In this document: positions 47,079 to 57,373 of the stretch, in pieces | Layout of the letters: every line of letters starts with the position of its first letter | How positions within the stretch are numbered: the stretch's first letter is position 1 | Source of the DNA: Candidatus Kaiserbacteria bacterium CG10_big_fil_rev_8_21_14_0_10_47_16 | GTDB taxonomy: Bacteria > Patescibacteriota > Minisyncoccia > Phycocordibacterales > UBA918 | Length of the DNA stretch: 64,000 bases | Direction: 5' to 3' | Assembly (NCBI GenBank): GCA_002773395.1 | Contig: PFBI01000006.1 | Span: 242,797-306,796, forward strand | Notes under the pieces: model-generated | Database searches by the model: none | Told to the model about the DNA's origin: nothing | The model's input: only the letters and a program-made list of their open reading frames with translations | Made by a program: the position numbers and the translations under genes

Positions 47079-47336
47079 CTATTGTGTGATTACGAGTTCA
47101 AATCGCTTACGCTTTGAAAGCGGACGCGTCTCTCTAATGTCGACCGTATCACCGACGTTTGCGGTGTTGCCCTTATCGTGCACAAGAAACTTCTTGGTAC
47201 GACGTTGGAACTTTTTGTACTTTGGGTGCTTCACGTATCGCTCAACTGCAACCGTAATCGTGTCTTGCATCTTTGATGCCACGACGGTTCCGCGAAGCAC
47301 GCGCCCCTTCTTCTCTGTGTTAGTTTCTGTTGCCAT
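47079..47336 (-). CDS. rpsQ: 30S ribosomal protein S17
   Basis: 'GRVLRGTVVASKMQDTITV.VER'. Confidence 0.9.
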   Translation of the reverse strand: MATETNTEKKGRVLRGTVVASKMQDTITVAVERYVKHPKYKKFQRRTKKFLVHDKGNTANVGDTVDIRETRPLSKRKRFELVITQ

Positions 47337-47349
47337 ATGCTTTTGCGGA

Positions 47350-47544
47350 TTACGCCATGCTCTTACGAGCGCGAGCGTTACGTTCTGTTAAACCCTGTGC
47401 GACCTCTCGTTTGATGTTTCGAATTTCTTTCACATCGCGCATACCACTTCCTGCTGTCTTGAAGCGGATCTCGCGAAGTGCCTCACGCTTCTCTTCAATG
47501 AACTTTGCGAGATCAGCGTCAGATTTTTTTTGAATATCTTTCAT
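47350..47544 (-). CDS. rpmC: 50S ribosomal protein L29
   Basis: A 64 aa helical protein in the canonical position. Start at M15 of the track ORF. Confidence 0.8.
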   Translation of the reverse strand: MKDIQKKSDADLAKFIEEKREALREIRFKTAGSGMRDVKEIRNIKREVAQGLTERNARARKSMA

Positions 47545-47557
47545 ATAACGGAATTGA

Positions 47558-47992
47558 TTATGCGCGAGTTTCCTCACGAGTAACAAACTTCGCTTTCACG
47601 GGAAGTTTTGCAGTGGCCTTACGAAATGCTTCGCGAGCCAATTCCTCGGGGACTCCATCAACTTCGAATAACACACGACCGGGAAATACTTCAAAGATGA
47701 AGTGACTTGGGTCTCCCTTTCCCTTACCCATACCTACTTCTGCAGGCTTCTTTGTAACTGGCTTGTCTGGAAAAATACGAATCCAGATTTTACCTGTCTT
47801 ACCAAGAGTACGACTGATCACACGGCGCGCTGCCTCAATTTGCTTTGATTCAACACGTGACTGTGATGTAGCTTTTAGGCCATACGCACCAAACGCAACC
47901 GTAACGCCACGAGTATCTGGACTCAGGAGTTTTGCTGGGTTCTTGCGGCCAACCTGCCACTTTCGGTGTTTTACTTTCTTTGGAAACAACAT
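47558..47992 (-). CDS. rplP: 50S ribosomal protein L16
   Basis: 'MLFPKKVKHRKWQVGR'. Confidence 0.9.
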   Translation of the reverse strand: MLFPKKVKHRKWQVGRKNPAKLLSPDTRGVTVAFGAYGLKATSQSRVESKQIEAARRVISRTLGKTGKIWIRIFPDKPVTKKPAEVGMGKGKGDPSHFIFEVFPGRVLFEVDGVPEELAREAFRKATAKLPVKAKFVTREETRA

Positions 47993-48002
47993 ACGTGTTT
48001 AA

Positions 48003-48728
48003 TTAAGCTTCTTTGTGACTAGAACGACGTGCGCCGTGTGCTGGAGCTTCTGCCTTCTCAGCTGCCTTTCGGTCTGCGAAGACTTCTCCACGGTAGATCC
48101 ATACTTTTACGCCGATTGTACCGTACGGAAGTACTGCACGTTCGCGCGCAAAGTCGATGTCTGCACGAAGGGTTTGTAGTGGTACTCGACCTTTCTTTAA
48201 TTCTTCTTTACGTGCCATTTCAGCACCACCAAGGCGGCCTGATGCAATGATACGAATACCTTGTACGTCGCGGTTTGCCATAACCTTTTCTGCGGTCTGC
48301 TTCATCACACGACGAAACGGCATGCGCTTCTCAAGTCCTTCTACAATCATCTGACCAACAATAGATGCGCTGGTTTCTGGTGATCGTACTTCTTCAATAT
48401 CAATTTTGATCTCTGGTTTCTCAGAGAGTTTGAGTGTTCGCATGAGCATATCAATCTCCTTTCGAAGCTTGGTTGCTCCTTCTCCACTGCGGCCAATAAC
48501 GAGACCTGGGCGAGAAGTTGCGATGATGATTCGGTAAACCTTTTCATCACGCTCAATATCGATGCTTGCGATGTACATGCCTTTAAGGCGCTTGCCGAGG
48601 AGTGAGCGTACTGCTTCGTCGGTGCGAACGTATTCGCGGAACCGCTTCGGATCAGCAGCAAACCATCGACTCTTCCAATCTCGGATAATACCGAGGCGCT
48701 GTACGAATGGATGTGCAACGTGTGTCAT
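48003..48728 (-). CDS. rpsC: 30S ribosomal protein S3
   Basis: KH domain and 'GIKVWIY.GE'. Confidence 0.9.
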   Translation of the reverse strand: MTHVAHPFVQRLGIIRDWKSRWFAADPKRFREYVRTDEAVRSLLGKRLKGMYIASIDIERDEKVYRIIIATSRPGLVIGRSGEGATKLRKEIDMLMRTLKLSEKPEIKIDIEEVRSPETSASIVGQMIVEGLEKRMPFRRVMKQTAEKVMANRDVQGIRIIASGRLGGAEMARKEELKKGRVPLQTLRADIDFARERAVLPYGTIGVKVWIYRGEVFADRKAAEKAEAPAHGARRSSHKEA

Positions 48729-48743
48729 AAATACTAATTACAA

Positions 48744-49067
48744 TTACTTCTCACCGAGTTCTACGGTGATGTGGCTGTTGCGGCGGTTAATCGGTGAGGC
48801 TGAACCACGTGCTCGTGGCATGTATCGTTGATACACCTCTCCCTTATTCACTGCGACAGTTTTGATAACGAGTGCCTCTGGCTTCTTTCCTTCGCGAGCT
48901 GCGTTTGCAACTGCAGATTGAATAACCTTTGCAAATGGCCCTGCTGCCTTCTTATCGGCAAACTTGAGCGCTGCAAGTGCATCAATCACTTTCTTACCAC
49001 GAATGAGATCCGCAATAAGGCGAACTTTACGTGGAGATTGACGATAGTTTTTTAGTACTGCTTTCAT
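48744..49067 (-). CDS. rplV: 50S ribosomal protein L22
   Basis: 'SPRKVRLIADLIRGK'. Confidence 0.9.
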   Translation of the reverse strand: MKAVLKNYRQSPRKVRLIADLIRGKKVIDALAALKFADKKAAGPFAKVIQSAVANAAREGKKPEALVIKTVAVNKGEVYQRYMPRARGSASPINRRNSHITVELGEK

Positions 49068-49079
49068 AGAGAGTAATTA

Positions 49080-49406
49080 TTACGCAGACTTAGCAGCTTT
49101 CGCAGCAGCAATTTCAGCGTCCTTACGCTTTTGCTCCTGTTCTTTCTGCATCTTACCGCCGTGACGAACAAACTTCTTGGTTGGTGAAAATTCACCAAAA
49201 CGATGGCCAACCATTTCTTCGGTAACCAGTACGTCAATGTGACTCTTCCCATTATGGACACCAAAGGTAAATCCAACCATTTCTGGAGAGATAACCGATG
49301 CGCGTGCCCATGTTTTGATGGCGTCCGTTGTAGCCGGCTTCTTCCCCTCAATCTTCTCGAGGAGGTTCTCGTCTACATATGGACCTTTATATAGTGATCG
49401 TGACAT
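49080..49406 (-). CDS. rpsS: 30S ribosomal protein S19 (with a Lys/Ala-rich C-terminal extension)
   Basis: '[13 protein letters not shown]'. 108 aa compared with the usual 92. Confidence 0.9.
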   Translation of the reverse strand: MSRSLYKGPYVDENLLEKIEGKKPATTDAIKTWARASVISPEMVGFTFGVHNGKSHIDVLVTEEMVGHRFGEFSPTKKFVRHGGKMQKEQEQKRKDAEIAAAKAAKSA

Positions 49407-49637
49407 ACGAAAAAATCGCGCGTTATGCGCTTCTTAGGGATCTCTTGCAAAGACATTTAACGGTTGTCCTTGGCAGAGACCCCTAAAACCAATAATTAAC
49501 TGTTCAATTGTGTTGTTTCCCGCTTCCCAAGGCCGAAAACAACTGAGGTTTGGAACGTGGCTATAGTACGGGATTTGGGGGAAGATGTCAATGAAAATGA
49601 CCCGAATCTGCGAAAAGGGCTTGTTTATCGCTTCCGT

Positions 49638-49790
49638 CACAAGTTGCTAACTATATTTTTTCGCTTCGCTCAAAATCTAGTAAGCACTCGCGACCCCGCC
49701 TCATAGTCGTGCTCGCTTCGCTGCGCGCGACATATTCCGGCTTGGCAAAAGGTCGAAAGCAAATCCTTTTGCTTTCTAAACAACAAAAAT
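49638..49790. repeat. Intergenic repeat family member D inside a 410 nt insert between rpsS and rplB
   Basis: 'caagttgctaa.tat...cgct.cgct....ctagtaagcact' and 'cgaaagcaaa.c..tttgctttctaaa' are shared with copy B. It ends in a bidirectional terminator at 49784-49815. Confidence 0.5.
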
Positions 49791-49817
49791 CCCTCCGCAA
49801 GGAGGGATTTTTGTTGT

Positions 49818-50678
49818 TTACCTTTTACCACCCATGATGCGACCTGGCTTGCGCCGAGCAACAATGAGGTTGTTTGAGTATTTCTTTGGACTTCGAGTCT
49901 TTTGACCCTTTCCTGTTGGGCGACCTTGTTTGGTTCGCTGACGGCGGTGTCCTCGAGGACTCACACCTTCTCCACCTCCATGTGGGTGGTCAACAGGGTT
50001 ACGTGCAGTACCACGGTTCTTCGGTCGAAGACCACGGTGACGCGCGCGTCCCGCCTTACCAAGTGTTACGAGCTGATGCTCTTCGTTTGATACCTCACCG
50101 ATGGTTGCCCATGCAGTTGAGAGTACTTTACGAATTTCAGATGATGGCATTTTCACTTGCGTGTATCCTGCATCATGTGAGAGCACTTCTGCTCGGTTTC
50201 CAGCACTTCGTGCAAGTCGTGCACCAGCGCCTGGCTTGATTTCAACGTTATACACCGGAGTTCCTGATGGAATGTTACCAAGTGGCAACCGATTCCCTGG
50301 TGTTGGCTTTGCTTTTTCTGAGACGATGAACGTATCTCCTACCTTCATGCTTTGTGAAGCAAGAACGTATCGACGCTCACCATCTGCGTAACATACGAGT
50401 GCAATGAATCCTGATCGGTATGGATCGTATTCAACAGATTCAATTTTTGCTGGCACGTCTTTTTTATCGAATTTGAAGTCGACTGTCCGATACGTGCGCT
50501 TGTTTCCCCCACCACGGTAGTGCTGGGTGATGCGACCCTGGTTGTTACGACCACCAGTTCGCGAGCCTCCACGCGTGAGGCGCTTTGCCGGACTATTTTT
50601 CGTGCTGGACAGTTTCTCTTTGTATGAGACCACGGTCATCCCGCGCCGTCCAGCTGATGTTGGCTTGTATTTCTTCAT
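49818..50678 (-). CDS. rplB: 50S ribosomal protein L2
   Basis: The conserved L2 C-terminal region. Confidence 0.9.
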   Translation of the reverse strand: MKKYKPTSAGRRGMTVVSYKEKLSSTKNSPAKRLTRGGSRTGGRNNQGRITQHYRGGGNKRTYRTVDFKFDKKDVPAKIESVEYDPYRSGFIALVCYADGERRYVLASQSMKVGDTFIVSEKAKPTPGNRLPLGNIPSGTPVYNVEIKPGAGARLARSAGNRAEVLSHDAGYTQVKMPSSEIRKVLSTAWATIGEVSNEEHQLVTLGKAGRARHRGLRPKNRGTARNPVDHPHGGGEGVSPRGHRRQRTKQGRPTGKGQKTRSPKKYSNNLIVARRKPGRIMGGKR

Positions 50679-50691
50679 AAGCGTGGATTAG

Positions 50692-51063
50692 TTACACGAG
50701 GTCAATCTTATCGCCGTCTTTAAGGTAGACGTACGCTTTCTTAAGACCGCTCTCGCTTATTTTTCTACCTTTGCTGCGTGCCATGTAGGTACGAGCTTTC
50801 TTTGTAACAGTGTGTACCTTTTTAGGGGTTACCTTGAACAATGCAATTACCGCATCACGTACGTCAAATTTTGTTGCACGTGGGTCGATTTCAAACGTGT
50901 ACACGTTCTTTTCAGTGCCGAGTACCGCTTTCTCAGTAATACGTGGCTTACGAATTACTGATGAGAGATCACGCATCGCAATCGGTGCTGAAGCTCCCTT
51001 CTTTGTCTTCTTTGCGTCAGCAGTTGTTTCAACTGCTTCGCCTTTCTTTGCAAAAAGTGCCAT
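50692..51063 (-). CDS. rplW: 50S ribosomal protein L23 (with an N-terminal extension)
   Basis: 'ITEKAVLGTEKNVYTFEIDPRATKFDVRDAV'. Confidence 0.85.
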   Translation of the reverse strand: MALFAKKGEAVETTADAKKTKKGASAPIAMRDLSSVIRKPRITEKAVLGTEKNVYTFEIDPRATKFDVRDAVIALFKVTPKKVHTVTKKARTYMARSKGRKISESGLKKAYVYLKDGDKIDLV

Positions 51064-51066
51064 ACG

Positions 51067-51759
51067 CTATTTACTTACCGCCTTACGTGCAGTCTTGGTT
51101 GCAACTCGGGTTTCAAGAACCTTAATTGCATCCGCTGGTTCTGCAACAATGACGTACTTATAGGTGAGTAACTCGACCGGACTGATGTCCTTTGCCTGCA
51201 GTGTTCGTATGTTCCCGAAGTTTCGGAAACTAAGCTCTGCGTTTTCACTTCGTGCCGGAAGCACAATAAGTGCGTTGTTCTTCTTCTTTGTTTTGAGGTC
51301 TTCTGCTCCTGCTACACCACTGAGTGACACGAGCGCTGCTTTTGCATCGAGTGTCTTCGGTGCGCTGAAGTTGAAGGTGTCAACAAAGAGTACTTCGCCG
51401 TCTGCGTACTTCTTTGAAAGTACACTCGCGAGTGCTTTTGCACGAACGTTCTTATTGATCTTCTTACTGTAATCTTTTTCAGCAATAGGACCGTGTGCAA
51501 CACCTCCTCCTGCCCAAATCGGTGAACGACGTGAACCGTGACGTGCGCGTCCAGTACCCTTCTGCTTCCATGGCTTTTTACCACCACCTTGTACTTCGCT
51601 TCGGTCCTTTGTATCTGCAGTACCCTTGCGAGCGTTTGCTTGCATCGAAGTTACTACTTCGTGTACAAGGTCTGCGTTCCACTTTGTACCAAAGACTGCG
51701 TCAGGAAGTGCTACTTTTCCCGTTTCCTTCCCCGCTGTTGAATATACTTTTGCTTCCAT
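51067..51759 (-). CDS. rplD: 50S ribosomal protein L4
   Basis: 'KPWKQKGTGRAR.GS...P.W.GGGVA.GP'. Confidence 0.9.
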   Translation of the reverse strand: MEAKVYSTAGKETGKVALPDAVFGTKWNADLVHEVVTSMQANARKGTADTKDRSEVQGGGKKPWKQKGTGRARHGSRRSPIWAGGGVAHGPIAEKDYSKKINKNVRAKALASVLSKKYADGEVLFVDTFNFSAPKTLDAKAALVSLSGVAGAEDLKTKKKNNALIVLPARSENAELSFRNFGNIRTLQAKDISPVELLTYKYVIVAEPADAIKVLETRVATKTARKAVSK

Positions 51760-51764
51760 GATAC

Positions 51765-52385
51765 TTATACGCTACGTACTTCCACTAATGTTCCTGTTCG
51801 ACCTGGTACTGCTCCTTTCACAAGGAGTAGATTTTCATCTTTATTTACTTGGAGAACTTTGAGGTTCTGTACGGTAATACGATCGCCTCCCATACGTCCC
51901 GCCATACGGGTACCTTTCTGTACGCGCTGGATACCACCGATACCGATAGATCCTGGCTCACGATGTGAGTGCTTCTGACCGTGCGACGCACGACCTCCTG
52001 CGAAATTGTGACGCTTTACCACACCCTGAAATCCCTTTCCTTTTGAGATTGCAGAAACGGTAATAACATCACCTGCTTCAAATACTGATACATCAAGTTC
52101 CTGTCCCTTTACGAACTCTCCGAGCACTTCGCTCTTTGATGGTCGTGGACGAAATTCCTTGATGAATTTTTTTGCACCGCCGAGATGACCCTTGATGGCT
52201 TTTCCGAGACGTTGTTCCTTCTGTTCACCTGCTGCAATTTGTACCGCTTCGTACCCGTCCTTCTCAGGATTACGTACTTGCGACACGATTGCTGGGGTGA
52301 CACGAAGAATGGTTGCAGCATGCGCTACACCCTGCTCGTCGAAGATCTGAGTCATTCGTTCTTTTGTGCCTACAATGAATTTCAT
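51765..52385 (-). CDS. rplC: 50S ribosomal protein L3; start at ATG 52385
   Basis: 'GTKERMTQIFDEQG' and 'GKGFQGVVKRHNF.GG..SHG'. The track ORF runs upstream into a noncoding spacer. Confidence 0.9.
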   Translation of the reverse strand: MKFIVGTKERMTQIFDEQGVAHAATILRVTPAIVSQVRNPEKDGYEAVQIAAGEQKEQRLGKAIKGHLGGAKKFIKEFRPRPSKSEVLGEFVKGQELDVSVFEAGDVITVSAISKGKGFQGVVKRHNFAGGRASHGQKHSHREPGSIGIGGIQRVQKGTRMAGRMGGDRITVQNLKVLQVNKDENLLLVKGAVPGRTGTLVEVRSV

Positions 52386-53029
52386 TCTAAAATCATTGTT
52401 ACCTGATAAATCGCTTAAGAGACCCCGAGTGTTCCTTTTTAAATGACGGCAGATGCGAGGCATGCGAAGAAAATATTGTGAGCCGTATATACATACGGTG
52501 AACATTATTTTACTGACGCATAACGATGCAGATGTGGCATTTTAAAAGGAACAAAAAACCGCGCTTTCATAGCGCGAGCACAAGCTCGCACAATAAAAAG
52601 CGCGGTTTTGTGCCCATTGGTCCGTCAAAACTGACGTACATAGGTCTTTAAAGCTGGCCGCAGTATACGTTTTCTCACAGAAATTGCAAGGATTCCTGAT
52701 ATAAACTGCAGAGGGCTTGCTGTTTTAAAGAATAAGACGTACAGTACGGAAAGCAGGGACCAAGGGGGTCACTGCGTGTTAAAAAGAGGAGGTCGACATG
52801 CATCCCATTGCACGTCACGTCGCGGGAGCACCCCCTATCGTGGGAGTCCACCCTGAGCGGCCTCTCAAAGTTCCTTGGTTCATTTCATAAGGAGACTCAT
52901 CTGGGACACTAGGTCCCCCTGATAGACGTCAGTACGGCCCCGACACATGTACGCGTGTGTCGGGGTCTACTTATTTTATACATACAATACAAAACCCCGC
53001 GCCTACGGCGCGGGGTTTTGTATGTTCTC

Positions 53030-53155
53030 CTATTTCTTCATCTTGTTCGTAAGCCACATGATCACGAGAATCCCCACAATCAACCATACTATTTCGTTTG
53101 CAAACCCAAGGAGACTGTTGAGTCCCCATTCATGAAACGGACCGTAACCCATCAT
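53030..53155 (-). CDS. Candidate 41 aa single-TM peptide inside the rpsJ-rplC spacer (speculative)
   Basis: MMGYGPFHEWGLNSLLGFANEIVWLIVGILVIMWLTNKMKK. Flanked by terminator hairpins, with no clear RBS. Confidence 0.25.
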   Translation of the reverse strand: MMGYGPFHEWGLNSLLGFANEIVWLIVGILVIMWLTNKMKK

Positions 53156-53380
53156 ATAAGAATAATTAATGAAATAATATTCATTATACGAGAGAATCCG
53201 TAATCGCGGGTTCCCTGTGGGGGACACACAAAAACCAAAAAGCCGGCTCTTTACGGAGCCGGCTTTTTGCCAAAACAACAACGCTACTGTCAAACGAGCG
53301 AACGTCGTGAGAAATCGAAGCGAGTGCGACGATTTTTCATGACTGAGCGAGCGCTGACAGAAAGAAAAGCTGTGCTTTTC

Positions 53381-53740
53381 TTACATCATCTTCACGTCAA
53401 TGTTGACGCCCGATGGGAGTGAGAGATTCGTAAGTGCTTCAATGACTTTTGCACTCGGATTCATGATGTCGATGACACGCTTGTGCATTCGCATCTCGAA
53501 TTGTTCTCGCGCATCTTTAAAGATGAATGACGAACGGTTCACCGTATACTTTTTGATTTCTGTTGGCAGTGGAATTGGACCAATCACTTTCGCATCAAAG
53601 CGAAGTGCAGTATCAATAATCTGCTTCACTGAAACATCAAGGATCTTGTGCTCATAGGCTCGCACGCGGATGCGCAGTTTCTGCACATCGCCTGCTGGCG
53701 CCGCACTCTTCTTACTCTTTGTTGTTGTTTTTGTTGTCAT
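53381..53740 (-). CDS. rpsJ: 30S ribosomal protein S10
   Basis: 'KLRIRVRAYEHKILDVSVKQII'. Confidence 0.9.
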   Translation of the reverse strand: MTTKTTTKSKKSAAPAGDVQKLRIRVRAYEHKILDVSVKQIIDTALRFDAKVIGPIPLPTEIKKYTVNRSSFIFKDAREQFEMRMHKRVIDIMNPSAKVIEALTNLSLPSGVNIDVKMM

Positions 53741-53765
53741 GGTACTACTTCAATTACTAATAGGG

Positions 53766-54956
53766 TTAGGCGATGATCTTTGTTACCACACCTGCTCCTA
53801 CTGTCTTACCTCCTTCACGAATCGCAAAGTTCTGTTGTTCTTCGAGCGCAACTGGCGCAACGAGCTTTACCTTAAAGGTAGCGGTATCTCCTGGCATAAC
53901 CATTTCAGTACCTTCAGCAAGTGTTACGTCTCCTGTTACGTCAGTTGTTCGGATGTAGAACTGTGGCTTGTATCCAGAGAAGAATGGTGTGTGACGACCT
54001 CCTTCATCCTTAGAAAGTACGTATACTTCCGCTTCAAATTCTGTGTGCGGTGTTACTGAGCCCTTTGCTGCAAGCACCTGACCTCGGTGTACGTCTTCCT
54101 TCTTTGTACCACGGAGGAGGATACCGGCGTTGTCGCCAGCCTGCGCAGCGTCGAGCTGCTTGTTGAACATTTCAACTCCAGTCACTGTTGTGAGTGCAGT
54201 ATCCTTGATACCAACAATCTGAATTTCTTCACCTACCTTTACCTTTCCACGTTCTACACGACCAGTTACTACTGTACCGCGTCCTTCAATTGAGAAGATG
54301 TCTTCAATTGGCATAAGGAACGGCTTGTCGAGATCACGTTGTGGCTCTGGGAAGTAGCTATCCATCGCATCAACGAGTTCGATAACCTTCGCTCCCCATT
54401 CGCTACTTGGATCTTCAAGTGCCTTCAAACCAGAACCCTTGATGATTGGCGCGTTTGCACCATCAAATCCGTTCTTCGTAAGGAGTTCTCGAAGTTCTTC
54501 TTCAACGAGCATGATCATTTCCTCGTCGTCTACCATATCGCACTTGTTGAGGAATACGATAATGTTTGGTACACCCACCTGCTTCGCAAGAAGTACGTGC
54601 TCACGAGTTTGTGGCATCGCACCGTCTGTCGCAGCTACTACGAGTACCGCGCCGTCCATCTGCGCTGCACCAGTGATCATGTTCTTGATGTAGTCAGCGT
54701 GTCCTGGAGCGTCGATGTGTGCGTAGTGACGATTTGGTGTCTCGTACTCAGAGTGAGAAAGAGAAATAGTAATACCACGCGCCTTTTCTTCTGGCGCTTT
54801 ATCAATATCTTCTACGGCCTTCATGTTTGCAGCATATCCTTCACCCTTACCGTGAAGTACGCTGAGAATCGCGGCAGTAAGCGTTGTCTTACCATGGTCA
54901 ACGTGACCAATAGTACCTACGTTTACGTGCGGCTTTGATCGATCAAAATCTGCCAT
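53766..54956 (-). CDS. tuf: Elongation factor Tu
   Basis: '[14 protein letters not shown]', 'DAPGHADY', 'NKCD'. Confidence 0.95.
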   Translation of the reverse strand: MADFDRSKPHVNVGTIGHVDHGKTTLTAAILSVLHGKGEGYAANMKAVEDIDKAPEEKARGITISLSHSEYETPNRHYAHIDAPGHADYIKNMITGAAQMDGAVLVVAATDGAMPQTREHVLLAKQVGVPNIIVFLNKCDMVDDEEMIMLVEEELRELLTKNGFDGANAPIIKGSGLKALEDPSSEWGAKVIELVDAMDSYFPEPQRDLDKPFLMPIEDIFSIEGRGTVVTGRVERGKVKVGEEIQIVGIKDTALTTVTGVEMFNKQLDAAQAGDNAGILLRGTKKEDVHRGQVLAAKGSVTPHTEFEAEVYVLSKDEGGRHTPFFSGYKPQFYIRTTDVTGDVTLAEGTEMVMPGDTATFKVKLVAPVALEEQQNFAIREGGKTVGAGVVTKIIA

Positions 54957-55316
54957 ATTACGCAAAAATTAATTTACTAAATGATAATTTTCCGCACATA
55001 CTGCGACTCTTTAAAAAAGAGATGTTGTGCAAGCACTCAGGGGTAACGGCGCGAGAACGCCGCGTTACCTCCAATCACTTGCGCTTGTATGAATAAAGAG
55101 CGAAAACCCGTTTGAGTTACTCCTCACATCCTACGGATGCTGTACACTGTGTGGCTTTATTATTTCGCAATGCTCATAATATAGCTCACACAGTCTTGCG
55201 GAGTTTCACTCCTCACACGCCAAAAGCGCGATGCGGTGCCCGCCATGGTACATGAGTGTATACCCAACGTCAAGCCATTTTTAATCAAAATACACCGTCT
55301 TCCTGTGGTATGATTT

Positions 55317-56462
55317 TTGGTAATGGAGCAGGCAAAACAGGTTGTCAGCACACTACTCAAAAAGGCCAACATTGAATTGGGCGGTAGCCGGCCGTTTGAC
55401 CCTACCGTGAACGACGAACGTCTCTACCAGCGTATTCTTCGTGGTGGCTCCCTCGCGCTCGGTGAGAGCTATATGGACGGGTGGTGGAGTGTCGATAGGC
55501 TTGATGCACTCATTGCAAAAGTACGGCGCCTCGACCTTCAAAGAGATTTGTATGCAAAGCCGCTTGCAGGAGCAGCGCTCTTCTTTCACATCATAAAAGC
55601 ACGCCTCTTTAACCTCCAAAACATGAAGCGAGCGCTCCACGTGAACGAGCGACACTATGATATTGGAAATGATTTGTATGAAAAGATGCTCGACCCGTGG
55701 ATGCAGTACACCTGTGCGTACTGGGATCGTGGTGCTGAAAACCTCAATGAGGCGCAAGTAGCAAAACTGGCCCTTATTGCAGAGAAACTCAAACTCCGAC
55801 CCGGTATGCGAGTACTTGATATTGGATGCGGATGGGGTGGTCTCTCCAAATACCTCGCGCAGACACACGGTGTCATTGTAGACGGCATTACCCTTTCAAA
55901 AGAACAAAAGGTCTTTGCGGACAACTTTGTAAAAGGTACCTCCGCCACCATTCACTACGCTGATTATCGTACATACACGAATGAACCCTACGATCGCATT
56001 GTGTCTATTGGTATGTTTGAAGCGGTGGGATACAAAAATTTCCGTACGTACATGGAGTGCGCGCATCGACTCCTCAAGGACGACGGGATCTTTCTTCTGC
56101 ATACCATTGGTACGAATGTGACCGTGTACGCTGGTGATCCGTGGATTGATGCCTACATTTTTCCGAACGGCATGCTCCCTTCCCCATCGCAAATTTCTGA
56201 CAGTATCGAAAAACTCTTTGTCATGGAGGATTGGCACAACTTCGGTCCAAGTTACGACAAAACGCTCATGGCGTGGTACGAAAACTTCAAAGCTGCATGG
56301 CCAGAGCTGAAAGAGAGCGGTGCATACGACGATCGTTTTTATCGCATGTGGGAGTACTATCTCCTCATGTGTGCAGGACTCTTCCGCGCGCGCAAGACGC
56401 AGCTTTGGCAGATAATACTGACAAAAGGTGGATTGCCTGATGGGTATCAAAGTGTTCGATAG
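55317..56462 (+). CDS. cfa: Cyclopropane-fatty-acyl-phospholipid synthase family SAM-dependent methyltransferase
   Basis: 'RVLDIGCGWGGL' SAM motif and overall CFA synthase architecture. Confidence 0.8.
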   Translation: MVMEQAKQVVSTLLKKANIELGGSRPFDPTVNDERLYQRILRGGSLALGESYMDGWWSVDRLDALIAKVRRLDLQRDLYAKPLAGAALFFHIIKARLFNLQNMKRALHVNERHYDIGNDLYEKMLDPWMQYTCAYWDRGAENLNEAQVAKLALIAEKLKLRPGMRVLDIGCGWGGLSKYLAQTHGVIVDGITLSKEQKVFADNFVKGTSATIHYADYRTYTNEPYDRIVSIGMFEAVGYKNFRTYMECAHRLLKDDGIFLLHTIGTNVTVYAGDPWIDAYIFPNGMLPSPSQISDSIEKLFVMEDWHNFGPSYDKTLMAWYENFKAAWPELKESGAYDDRFYRMWEYYLLMCAGLFRARKTQLWQIILTKGGLPDGYQSVR

Positions 56463-56511
56463 TATAAAAATGTGAAAGCCGCAGGTCCCCTTGGGGGCCT
56501 GCGGCTGGTGT

Positions 56512-57054
56512 TTACGAAAGATGTTTCGATTCAGTTCCTTCAAAGAGTGTCCGTACAAGTCGTTCACCCTCTTCAAGAAATGCGTCTCCTTCCATAGATG
56601 TACCCATGTATCGCTCCATCAAAGGAGCAAACGCATATGCGCTATTACTAATTTCTCGCGAGCGATGTTCGCAAAAAACAGTGACGTCCGCAGGGTCGGC
56701 CTTTTCTTGGAGAAACAATGGGATTTCCCATATGCCGATCAACTGATATGCGACCGTCTCCTCTGAAACATTCGAAGTCACGACCAGTAGGAGGTACTCT
56801 TGGATAAGATCCCGCAAGAAGTATGCAAGGTCCACGGATTTTCCCTGTTCGTCTTTCATTACGAACGTGATCTCCGTGTAAAAGAGGATGTTTTCCTCTG
56901 ATTCACGGATTTCCGAAGTGATACTCAAGGTCTTGCTCTGATGAATCAATTGTCGTGCAACAGGCATCGTCCAATCTTCGGTGTTTACAAGCTCCCAGCC
57001 TGACTGCTGAAGGAGCTCCATGACGTCAGTGACCTCTTCTACGTTAATGGACAT
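56512..57054 (-). CDS. Hypothetical protein
   Basis: ORF only. Confidence 0.3.
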   Translation of the reverse strand: MSINVEEVTDVMELLQQSGWELVNTEDWTMPVARQLIHQSKTLSITSEIRESEENILFYTEITFVMKDEQGKSVDLAYFLRDLIQEYLLLVVTSNVSEETVAYQLIGIWEIPLFLQEKADPADVTVFCEHRSREISNSAYAFAPLMERYMGTSMEGDAFLEEGERLVRTLFEGTESKHLS

Positions 57055-57201
57055 CGTGTTCTCTCTTATAACTCAAGGTACGTTCCTTTGCAGTATTGCG
57101 TATATGAGGAGGGTTGTAAAGGAAAAGGCCAACAGCGGAGCTGTTGGCCTTTTCCTTGGTTGCATGGTTTTTTTATTCTTCCTTGAAGTTTATATCCTTG
57201 A

Positions 57202-57313
57202 GGGTCAAGTTGCTAAGTACAATTCTGCGCTACGCTTGAATTCTACTAAGCACTTCCTCCCCGGCCTCGCTGGTTCGGGACATTAGGAATAGTCCCTCAC
57301 ATCGCTCCGGCTC
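57202..57313. repeat. Intergenic repeat family member C (upstream of the fusA terminator)
   Basis: Its 69 nt core is nearly identical to copy B. It shares 'cattaggaatag' with copy A. Confidence 0.65.
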
Positions 57314-57373
57314 ATAAAAGATATTGAGGTAGTATAAACAAAAAACCATCCCCGGAGGGATGGTTTTTTGTTT

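Noticed and set aside
52700-52760. GA-rich segment resembling the SRP RNA domain IV or RNase P core
   Set aside because: The similarity to GGAAGGAAGCAGCCAAGG is only partial, and the flanking helices expected for 4.5S RNA or RNase P RNA could not be traced by eye. It is left as an unassigned structured region.
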